A program made the position numbers and the translations under genes. A DNA stretch of 21,947 bases from positions 1-21,947 of the forward strand of contig JAYFMW010000018.1 in the NCBI GenBank assembly GCA_042408215.1. The letters are read 5' to 3'. The stretch comes from Microcoleus sp. Its GTDB lineage: Bacteria; Cyanobacteriota; Cyanobacteriia; Cyanobacteriales; Microcoleaceae. The notes beneath the pieces were generated by a model, which was given only the letters and a program-made list of their open reading frames with translations, searched no databases and was not told the origin of the DNA. The first letter of the stretch is position 1; each line of letters starts with the position of its first letter. This document shows, piece by piece, positions 1-9,406 of the stretch.

Positions 1-1
1 G

Positions 2-3000
2 ACTTTTAGCGATGCGGGGATTAAGAGTAGTTCGGGTAAGTCGGTGACTTTTGAGAGGGATGTTGATGGGAGGATTGTCGGTGTTGTTGACCCGGATGGC
101 AAGAAAGTCAAGTACGAATACGACGCGAAAGGGGATTTGGTTGCTGTTAAGGATAGGGAGAATAATGCAACTCGGTTTGAGTACGAAGATGAGGACAGAC
201 CGCACTTTTTGACTGAGGTTATCGACTCCTTGGGACGCAGTGGAGTTAAGACCGAGTACGATGAACAAGGTCGCCTCAAACAGATGGTTGATGCTAATGG
301 TTCGGCGGTGGAGTTGGTTTACGATCCGAATAATTCTATTCAGAAAGTTAAGGATGTTTTTGGCAAGGAAACTACTTACGTTTACGACAATCGCGGGAAC
401 GTTTTGACTGAAGTCGATCCGTTAGGAAAGCGGATTGACAGGACTTACGATCCGGATAATAATGTCTTGACTGAGACTGTAATTACCACTGAGTTGAATG
501 CTGCCGCCAATCCGGTTGAAGTGCGGCAAACTACTGAGTGGACTTATGACAGTCGGGGGAATAAGTTAACTGAAAAAGACCCGTTAGGGAATGTTTCGCG
601 GTGGACTTATAACAGTCGGGGACAGGTTTTGACTGAAACTGATGCGTTGGGGAATGCTGCGACTTATACTTATTCTCCTAGCGGGAATTTGCTGACGACC
701 TCTGATGCGGCTGGGAATGTTACTAAGTATAGTTATGATATGAGGGGAAATATTCTCACCCTTACCGATACAGCTAATAACATCACCCGCTTTCAGTACG
801 ATGGTGGAGGTAACGTCACCAACTTAGAAGACTCATCCGGTAACAAAGCCAGCTACACCTACGACAGCAACGGGAATATGCTGCGGGAAACAATGAAAGT
901 AGCAACTCCCACTGGAGAGAAAGAATTAGTAACAGAATGGACTTACAACAAAGAAGGAAAAATTAAGTCAATTACCCAATCTGGGCGCACTACAACTTAC
1001 GAATACGACAGCAATGGCCACCAAAGCGCCAGCATTGATGGAAATCGCCGTACCGAGTACCGCTACAACTCTCAAGGTAAATTAGTCGAAACCATTTATC
1101 CTGACGATACTCCTAACAACTCTGACAATTCCCGAACCATTACTGTTTACGATAAAGGCGGCCGTCAAAGGGCTACTATCGACAGTAACGGACGAGTTAC
1201 TCACTACAAATACGACGACGCGGGACGGCTAACTGAAACTATTTATCCAGGAGAAACACCCAATCAAGTACAGCAATTGCTGAACGCTATTTCTCCGGGT
1301 CAAACTCCTCAATCTGTTGACTGGACAAATATCGTTTATCCCGACACTACGCCTGCTTATTTAGCCAGCAATTCCCGTAATAAAACCGAATACTACAAGA
1401 ACGGGCAAGTTAAAGCAGAAATTGATGTTGATGGCAACCGTACCGAGTACGAATACGATGCAGCAAATCGCGTTACCCTCACTCGTTTTGATGCCAACAA
1501 TTACATCACCTATACCTACGATGCAGTTGGCAATAAAATTAGCGAAACTGTTTTTGCTGGAGGATTTTCGACAACTACTACTTACGATAGTAAAGGTCAG
1601 GTAACAGCAACGACAGACCCGAATGGCAAAACTACTCAATTTGAATACGACGCTGAAGGACAACTTAAAACTGTTGTCGATGCTTTGCTTCATCGTACTG
1701 AATACGCTTACGATAGTGCGGGCAATTTGACAAGTGTTAAGGATGCTTTGGGTCAGGTAACAACTTACGAATACGATGACAAAGGTCGCCGCAAGGCTGT
1801 AATTCGACCGGATAGCAAGCGTTCTACTTTTGTTTACGATGATGTGGCTAACGCTGTCACGATTACGGATTTTAATAACAAGACGGTTAAGTATACTTAC
1901 AACGACCAAAACCAAGTTGTTGCTAAGCAGTATCAGAATGTCAGCGGTGCAACTGTTAGCGTTACTTACGCTACAAATGGGTTGGAAGAAACTATTACTG
2001 ACAGTCGGGGTGCAACTGTTTATAAATACGACAGTTTGGGGCAGGTAATTTCTCGGAAAGACCCGGTTGGCCCTTATCTTGCTAGCGGGAATTCGATTGA
2101 ATATAAGTATGAATCCGGGCAAGTTAGTGAGGTTAAGACTCCGACTCGCACGACTGGCTATACCTATGATTCTGATGGACGTTTGAAGACGGTTAGTACG
2201 CCGGATATGGGGACGGTGACGTATGATTACGATTCTCTGGGGAATCTCTGGAAAACTTCGTATCCGAACAATTTAGTTGAGACTCGCATCTACGATAGTT
2301 TGGGTCGTTTGGATTTGGTGAAGACTGTTAAGGTTGACCCGGTGACGAAGCTGGAGTTGCAGGTTGTTTCTAGTTACGATTATGCGGTTGATGATGTTGG
2401 CAATCGCAGGGAGGTATTAGAAAATAGCGGTCGTAAGGTTGAGTACAAGTACGATGATTTGAATCGGTTGTTGGAGGAGAAGATTACTAATGACCCTAGT
2501 GGGAACAATCGGGTTGTTAGTTACACTTACGATGCTGTGGGGAATCGGTTGACGAAGACTGATTCTGTGAGTGGGGTAACGACTTATACTTACAACAATT
2601 TGAATCAGCTATCTACGTCTACAACTAATGGTGTTGCTACTATTTATTCTTACGATAGTAATGGGAATTTGATTTCGGAGGTGACTGGAAGCAATTCTAC
2701 TGTTTATCGGTGGGAGAATGATGGCGAGAATCGGTTGGTGGGGGTGACGGTTACTGAGGGTGGGGTTACTCGGAATGTTGGGTATCAATATAATGCTCAG
2801 GGGATGAGGGTTGGTAAGGTTGTTGATGGGGTGGAGACTCGGTATTTGATTGATGAGTTGCAGCCTTATTCTCAGGTTTTGGAGGAGTACGATGCTGCGG
2901 GGAATGCTAAGGGTTCTTATGTTTATGGGTACGATTTGATTGGTAAGTTGCAGGGGAATCAGCCGTCGTTTTATCACGTTGATGGGTTGGGTAGTACGAG

Positions 3001-3034
3001 GGTTGTTGACGAATGGTTTGGGGGCGGTTACTGA
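2..3034 (+). CDS. RHS/YD-repeat protein, module A barrel; 5' end lies outside the window, continues into 2940-3998 across a +1 frameshift at about 3002
   Basis: The frame is open from base 2 (TFSDAGIKSSSGKSVTFERD), so the GTG at 44 is not the true start. Dozens of YD repeats (e.g. TTYEYDSNG, YTYDAVGNRL). It ends in the RHS core motif FYHVDGLGSTR, after which similarity to modules B and C moves to the next frame. Confidence 0.95.
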   Translation, partial: TFSDAGIKSSSGKSVTFERDVDGRIVGVVDPDGKKVKYEYDAKGDLVAVKDRENNATRFEYEDEDRPHFLTEVIDSLGRSGVKTEYDEQGRLKQMVDANGSAVELVYDPNNSIQKVKDVFGKETTYVYDNRGNVLTEVDPLGKRIDRTYDPDNNVLTETVITTELNAAANPVEVRQTTEWTYDSRGNKLTEKDPLGNVSRWTYNSRGQVLTETDALGNAATYTYSPSGNLLTTSDAAGNVTKYSYDMRGNILTLTDTANNITRFQYDGGGNVTNLEDSSGNKASYTYDSNGNMLRETMKVATPTGEKELVTEWTYNKEGKIKSITQSGRTTTYEYDSNGHQSASIDGNRRTEYRYNSQGKLVETIYPDDTPNNSDNSRTITVYDKGGRQRATIDSNGRVTHYKYDDAGRLTETIYPGETPNQVQQLLNAISPGQTPQSVDWTNIVYPDTTPAYLASNSRNKTEYYKNGQVKAEIDVDGNRTEYEYDAANRVTLTRFDANNYITYTYDAVGNKISETVFAGGFSTTTTYDSKGQVTATTDPNGKTTQFEYDAEGQLKTVVDALLHRTEYAYDSAGNLTSVKDALGQVTTYEYDDKGRRKAVIRPDSKRSTFVYDDVANAVTITDFNNKTVKYTYNDQNQVVAKQYQNVSGATVSVTYATNGLEETITDSRGATVYKYDSLGQVISRKDPVGPYLASGNSIEYKYESGQVSEVKTPTRTTGYTYDSDGRLKTVSTPDMGTVTYDYDSLGNLWKTSYPNNLVETRIYDSLGRLDLVKTVKVDPVTKLELQVVSSYDYAVDDVGNRREVLENSGRKVEYKYDDLNRLLEEKITNDPSGNNRVVSYTYDAVGNRLTKTDSVSGVTTYTYNNLNQLSTSTTNGVATIYSYDSNGNLISEVTGSNSTVYRWENDGENRLVGVTVTEGGVTRNVGYQYNAQGMRVGKVVDGVETRYLIDELQPYSQVLEEYDAAGNAKGSYVYGYDLIGKLQGNQPSFYHVDGLGSTRVVDEWFGGGY

Positions 3035-3998
3035 TAGTTATTCTTATGATGCGTTTGGGAATTTAATTGTCTCGGCTGGTGGTTCTAATAATGCTTATTT
3101 GTTTGCTGGAGAGCAGCGGGATAGCGAGACTGGGTTGGATTATTTGCGGGCGCGGTATTATGACCCGTTGGTGGGGAGGTTTGTTTCGGCTGATGCTTAT
3201 GAGGGTACGCTGAATGACCCGATGAGTTTGCACGATTATCAGTATGCTCATGCTAATCCGGTTGTTAATACCGATCCTAGCGGGTATTTCTCAGTTGCTG
3301 AAATGCACGTTGCGGAATCGATTCGCAATATTTTAGCAGGAATACAAATTGATACGGGAATTTATCTCATTTCAGCTACTCATAACTATGCACAAGGAAA
3401 AGGTGATTACAAAATTGGTGACTTTTTGCTTGATCTATCATGGAACTCATTTTTTGCCTTAGCTCCCATGTTGGCTCCTTATTTGGTTTCAGGAGTACGT
3501 GGAATGATTCGGAGGTTAAAAAATGCGAATCATACTTCATTGGCTGGAACAGGTGGAGCTTGGAAAGGCATAAATGAAATCAGAGATCCTTCTGTGATCC
3601 AACAGCTTACAACCAACGCCTGCGGGCCTGCATGTGCTCAAATGATTCTCAGAGATCTTGGGGTAAACGTTTTTCAAAGCCAGGTAGCTGCGGAAATGGG
3701 CACGGTACTTTCACACCCCGAGATTCTTGCAATGGCACTCACCCGCTTGGACAACCCAGGTAGTCTTTGGCGTGGTGTAGGTGTAACAGAAGAATCAATT
3801 AATGGTTTAAACAACACGGGTTCATGGATAGCTATGATGAAGGGTAGTCGTGTCAATCATTGGATAATTGTTGACGGTTTTGACGGGAGTAAAAAAAATC
3901 TTCTAATACGAGATCCTTGGGAGGGTACAAAATATACTATAAGTTTCAAAAACTTTTTAAAATATTGGACTCAGTACGCAGTCTTCAAAGCTCAGTAA
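2940..3998 (+). CDS. C-terminal part of RHS module A: RHS-associated core, DPSG cleavage motif and C39-like papain-fold cysteine protease toxin
   Basis: YLFAGEQRDSETGLDYLRARYYDP...NPVVNTDPSGY core (D at 3273). The tip has QQLTTNACGPACAQMIL (Cys 3621), HWIIVDG (His 3858) and IRDPW (Asp 3912), the Q-C-H-D arrangement of C39-type peptidases. True homology starts near 3003. Confidence 0.88.
   Translation: MVSCRGISRRFITLMGWVVRGLLTNGLGAVTDSYSYDAFGNLIVSAGGSNNAYLFAGEQRDSETGLDYLRARYYDPLVGRFVSADAYEGTLNDPMSLHDYQYAHANPVVNTDPSGYFSVAEMHVAESIRNILAGIQIDTGIYLISATHNYAQGKGDYKIGDFLLDLSWNSFFALAPMLAPYLVSGVRGMIRRLKNANHTSLAGTGGAWKGINEIRDPSVIQQLTTNACGPACAQMILRDLGVNVFQSQVAAEMGTVLSHPEILAMALTRLDNPGSLWRGVGVTEESINGLNNTGSWIAMMKGSRVNHWIIVDGFDGSKKNLLIRDPWEGTKYTISFKNFLKYWTQYAVFKAQ
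3083..3292 (+). repeat. 210-bp RHS-core direct repeat, copy 1
   Basis: Ungapped match to 4297-4506 with 14 mismatches by manual count (about 93% identity), ending just after the DPSGYF codons. Confidence 0.95.
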
Positions 3999-4022
3999 TT
4001 CCTAGGATTTGGGAGAATTCAT

Positions 4023-4286
4023 ATGACAGTAAACATCACAATAATCGAGCTACAAAAAACTGAGAACACCAATGAATTTGAAATAGTATTATTAATTGAT
4101 AATAAAGAGCATCACTTTATTATTTATGTCTTTGATCGAGAAGGAATCTTAGGTTTATCTTTAAAAGATGAATTAACAAAAATACTTTGCCGTAATTCTG
4201 AAAAAAATAAATATTTTATCAGTCTCGTTTTAAATTTTTACCGAGGCAGTGATATAAAGCTACCAATTATTTTAGGAGAGTTTTGA
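4023..4286 (+). CDS. Small protein (87 aa), putative immunity protein for the C39-like protease toxin
   Basis: AT-rich ORF 24 bp after the toxin stop, with GGGAGA upstream of the ATG. Assignment is by position only; no family recognised. Confidence 0.7.
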   Translation: MTVNITIIELQKTENTNEFEIVLLIDNKEHHFIIYVFDREGILGLSLKDELTKILCRNSEKNKYFISLVLNFYRGSDIKLPIILGEF

Positions 4287-5536
4287 TACACGGCATTTCT
4301 AATAATCCTTATTTGTTTGCTGGCCAACAGCGGGATAGCGAGACTGGGTTGGATTATTTGCGGGCGAGGTATTATGACCCGACTCTGGGGAGGTTTGTTT
4401 CGGCTGATGCTTATGAGGGGACGCTGGATGACCCGATGAGTTTGCACGATTATCAGTACGCTCATGCTAATCCGGTTGTTAATACCGATCCTAGTGGGTA
4501 TTTTTCCATTGGAGAATTGTTGGGTACTCTGGCGGGGTATTCTGTGTTGGCTGGGTTAAGTTATACGACTGGGAGTGCTGTAGGAACAGTGGCTGGGGGA
4601 GGAAGCGCTTGGGATGCGGTTGCTAAGTACGATCAGTTTTTTGCTGGTTTAACAGATGCTTTGACCTTTGGAATTAGTTCGCATCTTCGGACATCAATAT
4701 ACGGAGAAACAGCTACAAGCAACCACAAGGGAATTTTCTTTAACTTGGGTCGGCTTGGTGGGGCGATCGCCAGTATGTGGATTGGTGCTAATGGAACCAC
4801 ATTTGCTGAATTCAGTACAGCTAGTTGGTTGCCGAGAGCTGCTTTGGGTTACGATTTATTTGGTGCTGGGCTTGGCATGGCTCAAAGTACAATTAATGTT
4901 GCCAAAGGTCAAGCTACTTGGTGGGATATTCTTCCTTTTTTACCGGCCCTTACTTGGTTTAATATTAAGTACAAGGTCAATATCAAGGGGTTGGGGAGTA
5001 ATTTTGGTAATCTTGAAATTAGCAGGAGATTGAGTGATGCTGTTGGAGACCTCCGAGAACAAACAGGAGTCCGCAGATATTTTAGTATATTGTCCCAGAA
5101 GTGGAGAGGTGGAACAGTAGGCGTAGCTGTAACTGACATACCAGGCTTAGAAAATAAGGTATTTGGAGGAGCATCAGGACGGGCACGCATAAAAAACACA
5201 CTTGCTCCGCTAGAAGGCGGTGATATTAAGCCACCCACATCAAATCAGATTAGTCAGGGTCATGCTGAACAAGATATGGCTAACCAACTTGATAAAGCTA
5301 TTCAATCAAGTAATTTAACGGAAGATGACTTAGTTGGAAGAACAGTATTTAGGCATCTTGAGGCTATGCCATGTGATACATGCCGATGGGGTCTGCTAAA
5401 GACCTCAACGGGAAATCCTGGTGTGCTAAGTACCTTCAGTTCTCGTTATCCACAACTTAGAATGATAGTGACTGCTGAAGGCATTGAAGAGTCTCTGAAA
5501 ATTCAAGGAGGAAAAATAGTTGAAGATTTTCAATAA
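4283..5536 (+). CDS. Orphan RHS C-terminal cassette with Zn-dependent cytidine-deaminase-fold toxin
   Basis: Begins with about 70 codons of RHS core nearly identical to module A, ending in NTDPSGYF. A Gly/Ala-rich hydrophobic region follows, then GHAEQD (HAE at 5261-5269) and MPCDTC (PCxxC at 5369-5383). The TTG start overlaps the upstream TGA. Confidence 0.9.
   Translation: MIHGISNNPYLFAGQQRDSETGLDYLRARYYDPTLGRFVSADAYEGTLDDPMSLHDYQYAHANPVVNTDPSGYFSIGELLGTLAGYSVLAGLSYTTGSAVGTVAGGGSAWDAVAKYDQFFAGLTDALTFGISSHLRTSIYGETATSNHKGIFFNLGRLGGAIASMWIGANGTTFAEFSTASWLPRAALGYDLFGAGLGMAQSTINVAKGQATWWDILPFLPALTWFNIKYKVNIKGLGSNFGNLEISRRLSDAVGDLREQTGVRRYFSILSQKWRGGTVGVAVTDIPGLENKVFGGASGRARIKNTLAPLEGGDIKPPTSNQISQGHAEQDMANQLDKAIQSSNLTEDDLVGRTVFRHLEAMPCDTCRWGLLKTSTGNPGVLSTFSSRYPQLRMIVTAEGIEESLKIQGGKIVEDFQ
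4297..4506 (+). repeat. 210-bp RHS-core direct repeat, copy 2 (homology arm of the deaminase cassette)
   Basis: Matches 3083-3292. Confidence 0.95.
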
Positions 5537-5603
5537 ATGGATTAAGGGATGGTACAATTAATGACATTATGGGCTAATTGTAATTCACAAACATAGGTAA
5601 TTC

Positions 5604-5984
5604 ATGATGAAAACAGAATTTTTTGCGAGTTGCTGTGAGGCTATTGAAACCAACTTGTATATTGGCTTTTCTGAAGCTGAAGGAGGGGAGCATTATTTTA
5701 TTATGACGAGATCTGAAGCATCTCAAGAAGAGGCTGTTCCTAACAGAAAAAATATCTACGCAGAGCTGGATGATGAAAATTGGACAGAAGATGCAGGTGT
5801 CGATTCGGTCATCCTTAGCCGTCATCAAATTATTATTCGTTTCGGTTCCGATACCGTAAGTCTTCCAGATCCAGACGAAATTATAATTACTTTTTCCTTA
5901 GAAGATGCTGACTTTGAGGGACTACGGAACGTCTTGCAGAAGATAATGCGAGGTTACGAAGACAGGTTGAAATTAATTGATTAG
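5604..5984 (+). CDS. Putative immunity protein, Imm10-like (paralog 1)
   Basis: Acidic 126-aa ORF after the deaminase. The pattern IGFS...YFIMTR...YAELDDE...GVDSVILSR...IIITF resembles the Imm10 family as recalled. Clearly paralogous to 6113-6508. Confidence 0.75.
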   Translation: MMKTEFFASCCEAIETNLYIGFSEAEGGEHYFIMTRSEASQEEAVPNRKNIYAELDDENWTEDAGVDSVILSRHQIIIRFGSDTVSLPDPDEIIITFSLEDADFEGLRNVLQKIMRGYEDRLKLID

Positions 5985-6051
5985 TCGATTAAAGCAACAT
6001 ACCAAGCATAAAATGCAAACAATACCACCCTACAAACACCCATGAAACCAA

Positions 6052-6082
6052 TTTGCCAATAAATCATTGAGCGATTGGCAAA
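6052..6082. repeat. 9-bp inverted repeat whose left part recurs as a 17-bp direct repeat at 6560-6576
   Basis: TTTGCCAAT-N13-ATTGGCAAA. TTTGCCAATAAATCATT is exact at 6052-6068 and 6560-6576. Confidence 0.7.
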
Positions 6083-6112
6083 CAAAAAAATCCCAAAGCA
6101 TGGATTAAATTT

Positions 6113-6508
6113 ATGATGGTGTTTGAACTTTGTGCAAAACTTGTGGGAATCGAAGAAGAGTTATTTTATATTGGTTTTTCTTCAGGGGAGGATAACGAAC
6201 ATTATTTTGTTATGCAAAGACATGAATTTCATAAAGAAGATGCTCTTCCCAACGTAGGGAGTGTTTACTGGGAGATAGACGATGAGGGTTGGGGAGAATA
6301 TGGAGGAATTAAAGAAGTTACTTTAAAGCGCGAGCGATTAATTGTTCATTTCGATCCTTCAAGACCCAACCCTCATATAGATTACGATGAGGCAAGAATT
6401 GTTTTTTCTGTAAATGATTCAGAATTTCAGAAGTTACAGAACACCTTGCAGAAGAAGATAATGCTCGGTTATGAGGATAAGTTGAATTTAATTGTTGAAG
6501 ATAATTGA
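6113..6508 (+). CDS. Putative immunity protein, Imm10-like (paralog 2)
   Basis: Shares YIGFS, EHYF(I/V)MxR, PN, YxE(L/I)DDExW and LQ-KIMxGYED(R/K)LxLI with 5604-5984. Confidence 0.75.
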   Translation: MMVFELCAKLVGIEEELFYIGFSSGEDNEHYFVMQRHEFHKEDALPNVGSVYWEIDDEGWGEYGGIKEVTLKRERLIVHFDPSRPNPHIDYDEARIVFSVNDSEFQKLQNTLQKKIMLGYEDKLNLIVEDN

Positions 6509-6600
6509 CTAATAATGACTTGGCAAATGAGAAATTACCGAAGTGCTGGGAAATTCTGTTTTGCCAATAAATCATTCAGGATGAGGAGCTTATCATCTCT

Positions 6601-9406
6601 CAATTGCAACCGGGATGGACTCAAACGAATCCAACCAACCCCATTTATCAAGAAGTAACAGTCACCGCCAACAATACGAAAGTTTGGAGTAGATTTTGCA
6701 GCCACAAATTCCAAACTAGCAGGCCCCAATATTGACCCCGAATTTACCAGTACCCCGCCAACAACAGTCAAAGCAGGAGAAAGATTAGTTTACAGGACAT
6801 CTGCAACTGACTTAAACGACGACGACTTAACCTTTGAATTGGTACTGGCACCCAAAGGCATGGCAGTAGCCCCCAACGGTACCATATCTTGGCGTCCCCC
6901 ACTCAATGCAGTCGGAACCCACGATATCATTGTCAGAGTCAATGACGGCAGAGGCGGCACGGATTTGCAGTCATTCAAAATCGAAGTTACCCCCGGAAAC
7001 AACGCCCCCGTTTTCACTTCCCAACTGCCAGAAAACACCAATCCCGCTGTCAACCAACCATTCCAATATCAAGCAAAAGCTGTAGATTTAGACGGAGACA
7101 CAATTACCTACTCCATAATTCCCAATTCCAGCAAACCTGTCACCCCCACCAACGCCACAATCAACCCCACAACCGGAGTAATTAATTGGACTCCCACAAC
7201 CGCACAGCAAGGAGGCGCATTTAATTGGGTTTACGCAGGCGTTGTCGAACCTTGGGAAATCTTAATTAAAGCAACAGACAACAAAGGCGGAGAAGCATTC
7301 CAAAGAATCGAATTAACCGTCAGCCCAGCCGCCCCCAATCGCCCGCCATCCATTACCTCAACTCCCCGCACAAATACTCGTTTGGGCAAGACTTATTTCT
7401 ATCAAGTAGCAGCCAAAGACCCAGACGGCAACCCCTTAACATATACTCTATTAAATCCGCCCGACGGCATGGCATTCGCAACGCCAGCTACGACACCCGC
7501 CGGCATGACATTTCAAGAAGGACTTATCAGTTGGACACCCGGAGTCTCCCAGCAGGGAACTTATCCCATTACCGTCAGAATTAGCGACAGTTTAGGAGGA
7601 ATTGCCACTCAAACCTTTAACTTAACAGCCGATAACATCGCTTCAAATCGCCAGCCCAGCATCGATTCTACTCCCGCAGAACAAATTACCAATCTAGCCA
7701 AGCTTTATCAATACAATTTGGCTGGCAGCGATGCAGATGGAGACAGATTGCTGTGGAGTTTGGACAAAGCGCCTTCGGGGATGATTGTTGACCCCCAATC
7801 TGGTTCTTTACGCTGGCAGCCTAGCGCAGAACAAATTGGCGAACATACCATTTCTGTAAGGACAATTGACGGCAACGGCGGTTATGCAGTCCAAGAATTT
7901 ACGCTGGCTGTCAGGGGAATAAACACGCCGCCGACTGTGGTTTCAACTCCTCCATCGAAGGCAGCAGTAAATCAGGTTTACGCTTATACAGTTGTCGCGA
8001 CTGATACCGAAAATGACCCGCTGACTTTCAGTTTGAGTAAGTATCCAGTCGGGATGGCAATTGATAGCAACGGCAAGATTCAATGGACTCCCAATGCCAA
8101 TCAAATCGGACAGCATTCTGTAGAAGTTGCCGTGACTGATAAGCAGGGGGCAATTGCAACTCAAACTTTCACTGTCAATGCCGGAACTACTGCTATAAAT
8201 CAGCCGCCTGCCATCACTTCCACACCTGTATTTACTGCAACAATTAACCGCCCTTATACATATCAGGTACAAGCCACCGATACCGACGGTACTATCTCGC
8301 AATATCAGTTGCTGCAATCCCCCACCGGCATGACAATTAACCCGGCAACTGGTGTTGTTACTTGGAACAATCCGACTGCTGGAAACCATCAAGTAGTAGT
8401 CGGGGCGGTTGACAATTCGGGTACGGGTGCGGCCCAAGGATTTGAGTTAATTGCCAGGGCTAATTCAGCAGCGGTTGTGCCAACTATCCCGATTCAATCT
8501 GTTTCGCCCGGTGCAAGTTATCGCTACGATTTGAAGGCGACTGATGCGAAGGTCGATTTGTTGACTTTTGCTTTAATTCAATCTCCCAGCGGCATGACAG
8601 TTGATGAATTCGGGCGGATTAGTTGGAAGCCGAATGCGGATAATATCGGCAATCATCCGGTTTCTGTTAAGGTGACTGATACTTTTGGAGAAAGCGTTAC
8701 TGTTTCTTACAATTTAAGCGTTGTCGCCGATACTGTCGCCCCTAAAGTCAACCTAATTGCTAGCAATAATACCGCTAATCTTGGTGATTCCGTCACCTTC
8801 ACCGTTAATGCTGTCGATAACGTGAAAGTCGAGTCTTTAGGCTTAACTATCAACGGCACTCCTGTTGCTATAGATGCACAAGGAAGAGCAACTGTCAAGT
8901 TAAATAACTTAACTCCCATCACGGCAATTGCCACTGCTAAAGATGCGGCCGGAAATGTGGGGAATGCGACTCAAGTTGTCAGGGCGATTGACACTACTGA
9001 TGTCAATGCGCCAATTATCAATATCAGTTTAGCGGATGATGTTGATGTTTCTGCACCTCTGGTAATTCGAGGTACGATAACTGACAGCAATTTGGATTAC
9101 TATACTTTGTCAGTAGCCCCGGTTGGTAGCAGTCAATTTAAGGAAGTTTATCGGGGAACGACTGCTGTCACTAACGGAACGATTGCTACCTTTGACCCGA
9201 CTGTTTTAGCTAACGGCGCTTACACTCTAAAATTCACTGCATTCGACGCTAACGGTAACGGTTCGACTACTGAAAGGACGGTGAATGTTGCGGGTGATTT
9301 GAAGTTGGGCAATTTCCGGTTATCCTTTACTGATTTATCGGTTCCAGTGGCGGGAATTCCGATTAATGTGACTCGGACTTACGATTCTTTGAATGCCAAT
9401 CAATAG
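6601..9406 (+). CDS. 5'-truncated N-terminal part of RHS module B: end of an SdrD-B-like domain, 7 cadherin-like/putative Ig repeats, 2 further Ig-like domains, start of the RHS N-terminal domain
   Basis: From 6601 the frame reads QLQPGWTQTNPTNPIYQEVTVTANNTK, with an in-frame TAA at 6568 and no ATG. A +1 shift at about 6680 gives FGVDFAATNSKLAGPNIDPEFTSTP, which runs into the listed 6839-9406 ORF. Repeats start DPEFTSTP, NAPVFTS, NRPPSITSTP, NRQPSIDSTP, NTPPTVVSTP, NQPPAITSTP and NSAAVVPTIP, with DxDGD and GxIxWTP-type motifs. It ends with FTDLSVPVAGIPINVTRTYDS. Confidence 0.88.

Noticed and set aside
3083..4506. 210-bp repeat pair as a diversity-generating retroelement TR/VR
   Set aside because: Mismatches are not confined to adenines of one copy, about half are synonymous, the repeat is the conserved RHS core, and no reverse transcriptase is present.
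5985..6600. CRISPR array, IS element or MITE in the intergenic repeats
   Set aside because: Only two copies of a 17-mer separated by a gene. No regular spacers, transposase or target-site duplication.
7460..7520. Short duplication PPDGMAF-ATPATT-PAGMTF in an Ig repeat
   Set aside because: Real but a minor in-frame loop duplication, common in repeat adhesins, with no evidence of a separate function.
44..9395. ORF-track start codons at 44, 2940, 6839 and 9393 as real gene starts
   Set aside because: Coding homology continues upstream of each, in frame or across a +1 shift, so they are internal codons.
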